DNA from: Octopus vulgaris
Lineage: Eukaryota
NCBI GenBank assembly: GCA_951406725.2
Contig: OX597826.1
Coordinates: 31,062,001 to 31,126,000, forward strand
Direction of reading: 5' to 3'
Length of the DNA: 64,000 nt
Made by a program: the position numbers and the translations under genes. Within the stretch, counting starts at the first letter, position 1; each line of letters opens with the position of its first letter. The notes below the pieces were generated by a model, which was not told the origin of the DNA, searched no databases, and saw only the letters and a list, made by a program, of their open reading frames with translations. This document shows positions 56,290 through 64,000 of this stretch, in pieces.

Positions 56290-57560
56290 CAACCCTCTTC
56301 AGATCCTCCAGATCATATCTGGAATTGTTATCCTGTGAGGCAGTATATAGAGACAGCGTAGGTTTTCCGCTGTTTAAAGTCATCGTCTACACAGACGACA
56401 CGAATGAAACCGTTAAAAATTATTTTTAAAAAAAGAATAATGATACCAGATTGACAAATTGGTCAAGCTGTCGTTGACGAGGGCACTTGGCAATAACAAA
56501 TGGTTTGCCTTGAGAAGGCCGATCAGAGTAGAATCAATAAGGTTTAGTAAAGAAGTATCGATAGAGAAGCCGACAACAGAGGAAGGCCTAGATACAAACT
56601 TGGAAGAGGCGCTTGAGAAGGGTATCACACCGACATGCTTGCAGAGATATTGGTCCTTAAGCAATTCTTTCATGCGAAGCACAAAGCTGCGTTGTCAGAC
56701 AGAAGTAAGGCACGTGCTCTGAGACACGAAGGAACGAAAACCGTTCAATGGGTTCGAGTGCCGAGTGACAAAGTTACAGCGTGACAACGAATCCAAGATG
56801 AGTGCGTGTTAGTTAATCTCATACTGGTGTTTGCGGCTTTTCAGCAGCACTTTGCCTAACTGTTTGGGACGACTGGCGTACCGGATCGAGGATGGACTTC
56901 AATGCCTACATCAACGGCCTGCTATAACTCTCGACAAGGGATGCGAAGTGTAGTGAAAAGTCGACAACAGTCTCAGAAATAGGGGAAACGATGGCTGGCT
57001 GCCCGGTGGGGGTGGGGTGAAATCGCTTTCTTTGAATAATCTACCCATGAGCTTTATATTTATATGCCGGACTTGTTTGGTGACTTTTTGGCAGTTGGTA
57101 GCAGAATAAGAAAACTGTGATTCGAGAAACGTTTGTTGTTTTTGAGAAATGACCGAAATAAAGGGATTACATGGATAAGTTTCAGCCCGTAACACGAAAA
57201 TTTCAAGGTTTTGATCATAGTGAAGAAGTTTTCGGTCCTTACCATCAGTATTCTAATCGATGATGTGCAAACATGTTCCATCCCAAACAAATCAATCTCC
57301 GACAGCCTCCACCTCATGCGATACATCATAGAGAGGATGAGTAAGGAACTTCGTATAAGTTGTGTCATGATTAGCTGTGATCAACTGAAAGCTTTTTATA
57401 AGGCCAACCGTCAATACTTGACGACTGTCCTCATAGCAACCGTTTTCGATTCTGTCTTCAGGGACTGTATCGTCGAAATATGCGCAATATACAGACATCT
57501 GCGCGGTGATTTAGATGAATGGTTACGTTTAGGAATCCTCAGTATCATGTGCACAGTCCG
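56290..57560 (+). mobile_element. L1/Tx1-like LINE ORF2 relic (end of APE, linker, RT N-terminal part)
   Basis: SRSYL...YTD; GKSLSLNNLP (cf. GKSPGLDGLP); QTCSIPNKSISDSLHLMRYIIER...CDQLKAF (cf. LDQEKAFDRV). Confidence 0.78.
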
Positions 57561-57699
57561 TTGTACTCACTACTCATCTAACCTGTTCCGCTATCATACA
57601 TTTGATGGGAGAAATAAATCATTTTCCATAAATACAATACAGATTGCTAATCTTCGCCTGGATTCGAAATTTCGCCCTAGGATTTACATAAAACAAACG

Positions 57700-58100
57700 T
57701 CAGCGCATGCGTGGCTGTGCGGTAAGAAGCTTGCTTCCCAACCACATGGTTCCAGATTCAGGTCCACCGCGTAGCACCTTCAGCAAGTGTCTTTTACTAT
57801 AGCCATAGGCCGACCAAAACCTTGTAAGTGGATTTGGTAGACGGAAACTGAAAGAAAGCCGTCGTGTGTGTGTGTGTGTGTGTGTGTTTCTTCCCTACTA
57901 CTGCTTGGCAACCGGTACCGGTGTTGAAGTGTTTACGTCCCTGTAACTTAGCAGTTTGACAAAAGGACTCCGATAGAATTAGCACTGGGCATTTCAAAAC
58001 AATAAGTTTTGGTGCTGATTCGTTCAACACAAAATTCTTTGAGGCGGTGCCCCAGCATGGCCGCAGGCTAATGACTCGAACAAGTAAAAGATAAAAGATA
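57700..58100 (+). mobile_element. SINE family B
   Basis: GGTAAGAAGCTTGCTTCCCAACCACATGGTTCC head; GGCGGTGCCCCAGCATGGCCGCAG tail. Confidence 0.85.
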
Positions 58101-58479
58101 ATTTTCTTTCTACCACCAAAAGCAAATGAACAGAAAAAGTAGATTATTCTCCCACATGGGAGGCATTGGCAGAGAGAGGAAAGAAACCTACATGTGTTAC
58201 ACATTTTCGTTTGCTGTTTAACGAAATATTTGTTAGCTATTAGGGTGGTTTTTCATCTTATAGTGGTGAGTTGTGAAAACATGGGAGTCACTACGTGGTC
58301 TCAAGATCTGTTAAAAATAACAATCCAGTCTCTTTTCATTCACGATTTACTTTCTATAAGAATGGAAGAATACAGTGGAACATGTAGTCATAAATGTACA
58401 AAAATAAACAGAAGTGATTGCAGTTGAAATGCAGTTTATCATAGGCGAGCTCAGTTATGGCTAATCTATGGATAATAAA

Positions 58480-58698
58480 TATTGGTTTCAAATTTTGCCA
58501 CAAGGCCAGCAAGTTTGATGGGGGAGTTAAGTCGATGACATCGACCCCCGGTGATCAACTGGTACTTATTTTATCGACCCCGAAAGGATGAGATGCAAAG
58601 TCAACCTCGACGGAATTTGAACTCAGAACATAAAGACGGATGAAAAGCCACTAAGCATTTTGCCCAGCGTGCTAACGGTTCTGCCAGTTGGCTGCCTT
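58480..58698 (-). mobile_element. SINE family A
   Basis: Reverse complement of family A. Confidence 0.83.
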
Positions 58699-59301
58699 AA
58701 ATGGATAATAAATATTAACACCAACACAAGCATATTCATAGCTAGGCAGATTAGGCCGTCGAGGAAACGGCAAGACAAGAGACGAACCACCACTCGTCTT
58801 TTTATTTTGAACCCTATTTAAGGAGCCATCTGCTACTGTCTTTAGTTCGACAATAACATATTTCAAACATAGATTATTTGCACCTGTTCACTAAGAAGTA
58901 TGCTTTAAATATAAATAAGGAATCTGAGAATACACAGAGAAAAAGAAATCGATTGAAAATACCTGGAAGCTTAACATTAACATTCTCTTTTGTTTATGTT
59001 TGTTTTTTCTTTTGTTTATTTGTTGTTGTTGTTGTTGTTGTTGCTGTTTGCTTCTTTTTTTAGCTTATTATATAATAATTTTATTTGCTTGTATTTTTTG
59101 TATTTGGTTACATTTCATATTTATTTATTTATTTCGTTCTATGTTTTTAGGAAAACATAAAACATATTTTCTAAAAGGATGTGTGTGTATGTGAGAGAGA
59201 GAGAGAGAAAGGGAGAGCAGAGCATGTGTGCATGTACGTGCGTGAGAGGAAGAGAGAGAGAGAGTGTGTGTGTGTGTGTGTGTATGTGTGTGTGTGTGTG
59301 T

Positions 59302-59357
<56 letters not shown>

Positions 59358-59543
59358 AGTTATATTGACTTATATGTATGTAGATAGATATTTTCATATT
59401 TTGCTTAGGCATAGTAATACTAATAAACTGATGTTAGGTCTCAACATGCAAATGCTTGAGAAAAAAGCATTAGTCGAGCAGAGAGCGTAATAAGGAGTAA
59501 TATATATGACAAGGGAACAAGAAATTATGTAATGAATTTCATT

Positions 59544-59624
59544 AGCTTACAGCTGTTTCTGCTAAAAGATGCACTGCACTTATAAATGAGTGTTCGTGTA
59601 TCACCTTATAGCTTCGTCAGAGCT
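59544..59624 (-). ncRNA. Type-I hammerhead ribozyme, long stem II
   Basis: AGCU-CUGACGA-A-GCUA..GAUACAC..CACU-loop-AGUG..GUGCAUC..UAGC-A-GAAAC-AGCU-GUA^AGCU. Confidence 0.8.
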
Positions 59625-60187
59625 TCAAAAAAAGTGTTATTGAACTTAGGAAAGCATTTCTATGGAAAGCACCACCGTCGAAAAAGTATATGAAAATAAA
59701 TGCGAAATGAAGTATAGAATTTGATGGGCAAAAGTTACTTCCAGCAATATGTAGACTTAGATATTTTTCTACATATATGTGTATACAGGTAGGCATATGA
59801 TGAAGCCTTATATAAATAACTATTTATACGCATATACAAAATATAGACAGAATATGCATATTAATACAAGATTGACCTTAAAATACCCAGACATATGAAT
59901 GTGCGTGTGTGAGTATAAATATGTGTGTTAGCGTATCAGAATCGACACAATTAGGAGGAAAGAAATTTGACGTCAGCAGTAAAGAAAGCCGGAACAAATA
60001 CCGCATGCTATTTTGGAAAAAACACGAACGATTTTACCAATTCTATGGCTTCAGTCTCTTAGTATATCTTGATATAGTCTATAATATTTCTATATGTTTT
60101 AATAGCGTCAATTCTTTTTTATCGACTATTACAGTCTGCAGAGCCTTTTTTGCATTATATATCTACTATGTATATACTATGTATGTA

Positions 60188-60520
60188 CATCTTCTCCTCG
60201 ACTTACGACCTATGCGACTTACGACCTATGCGACTTACGACCATCTGCACTTAGGGAAATAAATATATAGATAAATAAAAAATCAATTTTTGGACATTGG
60301 GCAGCTGCGCGTACGATAACTATGGCAGCATCTGGCAACGCAGGTCTCCCTCAGACCCTGGCATCCACTGCCTGCCACTGTCTCCCACTCAATCGTTTTC
60401 AAGCATCAGTTGCGTTTGAATGAAAATAGTGTTGAAAATTATAAATCCGACATACGACCAGATCGACTTACGACCTGTCAGTCGGAACGGAACTCGGTCG
60501 TAAGCCAAGGAGGTGTATTG
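60188..60520. mobile_element. Tigger/pogo-like MITE
   Basis: TA-flanked TIRs CTCCTCGACTTACGACC / GGTCGTAAGCCAAGGAG; subterminal CGACTTACGACC repeats. Confidence 0.75.
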
Positions 60521-60531
60521 TATATGCAATG

Positions 60532-60812
60532 CGAAGGTGCGTGGCTTATCGGTTAAGGTATTTGGCTCACGATCGTAAAGTCGTGTTAAGATCGTGTGTT
60601 CGCTACTCGGCCACACGTTGTGTCCTTGAGCAAGACACTTTATTTCATGTTGTTCCAGTTCGCTCATCTGGCAAAAATGAGTTGTACCTGTATTTCAGCC
60701 TTGTCACATTGTGTATCACGCTGAATCTCCCTGAGAACTACGTTAAGAGTACGTGTGTCTGTGGAGTGCTCATCCACTTGTACTAGAACCCTCGTCGCCA
60801 TAATCGACGAAA
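60532..60812 (+). mobile_element. CORE-like SINE sharing the family-C tail (OR2-like)
   Basis: TGTGTCCTTGAGCAAGACACTT (CORE-like), then GAATCTCCCTGAGAACTACGTTAAG. Confidence 0.75.
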
Positions 60813-61862
60813 TTTCAGTTTTATATATACAATAACTAAGTTATATATTATACACTTCATTGTGATTTGTTGTTTGTGACCCCACCGGTCCGAGGAAATA
60901 TTGTCTTGCATGAAACCGCCCCGTGGAATAAAAAGATCAGAAACCGTTGGTTTGTTGTAGCTCTACGTATTATACTATTATCTACGGGCTCTACTATTAT
61001 CTATGGGTTCCGCCTGATGAGTACTAAAATGTCTATAGCGTCACTATATGTTATATTATTACCTATAGTATCGCTATACATCAAATGATGTCTTTTGTGC
61101 CTGACTATGTTATACAATTGCCGATAGTTTCTGTTCCTAATACTATTCCCCAATAATAGAGAACGGAACACAGAAACACTATAGAAAACAATACAACACA
61201 TGGAACCTTTGTTTTCGTGCCTATTGTTTCCATTTACCGATATTCTATGTTTCTGTTTCAAACATAATAGAGTGAATTTTAAAGGTGGGCACAAGGCCAT
61301 AAGAGAGGCGCACAATCTATAAATTTGTTTTCCACAGAAAAAAGCGAGAAATAAAAGGTGAATATGTAAAAGTAAATGAAATAATGACTTTTTATGCCAT
61401 TGCTATACACTCTCAGAAAAGGTGATGTAGAGAAGTTAATCGACGTCAGGTTTTTTTAACCTGATATTTTGTTTTATCGATCCAGGAAAAAGATCGACAT
61501 TTACGCGGCCAAAGCGGAAGTGAAACACAGATTGGTTTGCTTCGCTATTCTTTGAGTTCATTCGTCCAACAAGACTAATGTTCACGAATGAATAGAATTT
61601 GTTTAAAAACCTAATATTTTGAAGGTTCTAGTTCTTGAATCTATAGGGAAGAAACATTGATCTAAGGACGAGTTGTGTTCGTGGACAAAACACTTAGCTC
61701 TAAACGGCCGGTTTCACCTAGATTTGAATTAGGGTAATTCACAGATGTAAGCATTGTGGAAATAAATGAATGTGTGTGTGTGTGTGTGGGTGTGTGTATG
61801 TGTGTGTGTGTGTGTGTGTTGTTCGTGAGCTTGCAGTGCTTGGTTCAAATCCTGCCAGTGAA

Positions 61863-61911
<49 letters not shown>

Positions 61912-62679
61912 CAGATAGATAGATAGACAGAGAGACAAACTTAGATATAAGATTACAATAAGGAGTATACAGAGCAGAAGAGAAAGTGGGAGAAAGGTAG
62001 AGACAGTCAGACAGTGATGATAAAAAGTGACCAACATAGTTTCGTGTGTATGTGTGTGTGTAAGAGAGAGCGAGAGAGAGAAAGAGTGTGTGTGTGAGTT
62101 TGTGAGTTTGTGTGTGCGCGTGTGTATTTGTGAAAAAGAGGTGACGAAACATATAGAGACATGGAAAGAAAGAAAAGCAGAAAGAAAGAGTGAATGAGTT
62201 GTTATGAAAGAAATGAGATGGGGGAGATTTTGAATGCATGTACGTATATGTACGTAGATTTGTATGTAAATATATAGCTTTGTGTGTATGTAGGATGTAC
62301 GCTTGTGCGCAGTTCATAAAGAACCACTTTGTGTCGGTGTCATAAATCTAAAACTAACAGCAAAAAATAAATGTTTCACCAAAGTCTTCTGTACGATCTA
62401 CAATGGTTGATACAACAACAAAAAAACTGCCCGTTGGTTTATACAACAAGACATATGTGACTATTAAACGCAGCAAAAAGGAAACGTAAAGAAAAGTTAG
62501 ACAAGTTTATTTATGTCTAAGCACAGCGAATAAAGAGTCGAGGAGATTTCTTTTTGCTGACGCAGTTTTTTTTTTTCATTTTCATTTTTCTCCGAAATTT
62601 TTGTTACCGTATTTCGACCCTCCTTTCTTTCTTTATTTCTTTCTTTTTCCTCCTCTTTCTCACTCTCTCTTCTCTCCAT

Positions 62680-62725
<46 letters not shown>

Positions 62726-62734
62726 TCTTTAGTC

Positions 62735-62941
62735 TCTCTTTACTCTTTTACTTGTTTCAGTCATTTGACTGTGGCCATGCTGGAGCACTGCCTCTAGTCG
62801 AGCAAATCGACCCCAGGACTTAATCTTTGGAAGCCTAGTACTAATTCTATCAGTCTCTTTTGCCGAACCGCTAAGTTACGGGGACGTAAACACACTAGCA
62901 TCGGCTGTCAAGCGATGTTGGGGGGACAAACACAAACACAT

Positions 62942-63029
<88 letters not shown>

Positions 63030-63120
63030 GACGGGCTTCTTTCAGTTTCCGTCTACCAAATCCACTCAAAAGGCTTTGGTCGGCCCGAGGCTATAGTAGA
63101 AGACACTTGCCCAAGGTGCC
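62735..63120 (-). mobile_element. SINE family B, 5'-truncated
   Basis: Match to family B ends at CACTTGCCCAAGGTGCC. Confidence 0.88.
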
Positions 63121-63152
63121 ATATATATATAAGGGAAAGAGAGAAATGAGTG

Positions 63153-63204
<52 letters not shown>

Positions 63205-63211
<7 letters not shown>

Positions 63212-63640
63212 GTCATCGCTTGACAACCGATGCTGACGTGTTTATGTTTCCGTGACATAGCGGTATGTCAACAGTGGTCGATAAAATAAGTACTAGGCTT
63301 ACAAAGAATAGGTAATTGGGTTGATTTGTTCGACTAAAACCTGTGAGTGAGTTAATAATTTGCTGCTTCGGTGGTCCAGTAGCCATGGGTGTTGAGAAGA
63401 AGTAATACAACACATAGGTGGGGGTTTCAAATCTCTTCCAGAAATTACAAGAGATCTAGTTAAAAATTTTATAGGTGCTGATGTTGCTGAGTGGTAAGTA
63501 GCTTGCTTACCAACCACATGGTTCTGGTTTCAGTCCCACTGCGTGGCACCTTGGGCAAGTGTTTTCTACTATAGTCTCGGGCCGACCAAAGCCTCGTGAG
63601 TGGATTTGGTAGACGGAAACTGAAAGAAGCCTGTCGCATG

Positions 63641-63693
<53 letters not shown>

Positions 63694-63875
63694 TTGTCCC
63701 CCTCCATCGCTTGACAACCGATACTGGTGTGTCCTCGTAACTTAGCGGTTCGGCAAAAGAGACCGATAGAACAAGTACTAGGCTTACAAAGAATAAGTCC
63801 TGTGGTCGATTTGCTCGACTAAGGGCAGTACTCCAGCATGGCCGCTACCAAATAACTGGAAGTGATAAAAGAATA
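63205..63875 (+). mobile_element. SINE family B: 3' fragment (63205-63340) and full copy (63470-63875)
   Basis: GGCACCTTGGGCAAGTG, internal (TG)n and tail. Confidence 0.86.
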
Positions 63876-64000
63876 ACAGAATATATACAGTTCTATACTT
63901 AAGAGATGAGGAATTATGTTCATTATTTACATTATTTACGATTGATGGATATTTGTCCTCATCTTGTTTGCAGTTAACACAATGTTTTGGCTGATATACC

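Overview
Repeat-saturated, AT-rich eukaryotic DNA, most likely cephalopod (Octopus-like) judging by its SINE families and extreme microsatellite density; this assignment is inferred, not searched. No intact host gene is recognisable, and almost all listed ORFs are microsatellite read-throughs. The window holds dozens of tRNA-derived SINEs (three main families plus a CORE-headed variant). It also holds decayed CR1-group, Tx1-like and Dong/R4-like LINEs, a Helitron Rep fragment, Tc1/mariner relics (mariner-type, DD37D, DD41D), MITEs, a solo-LTR-like insert, fold-back palindromes and a recent 1.25-kb local duplication. The standout signal is about 15 type-I hammerhead ribozyme (HHR) motifs, intact or decayed, in several unrelated short non-coding elements whose 3' ends abut (TA)n or related microsatellites. 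The best example, 42642-43547 (minus strand), has two ~300-bp direct repeats exactly 600 bp apart. Each repeat carries an HHR with a long stem II, predicting a self-excising 600-nt, potentially circular RNA (retrozyme / non-autonomous Penelope-like system). All structures were folded and aligned by eye; element boundaries are approximate.
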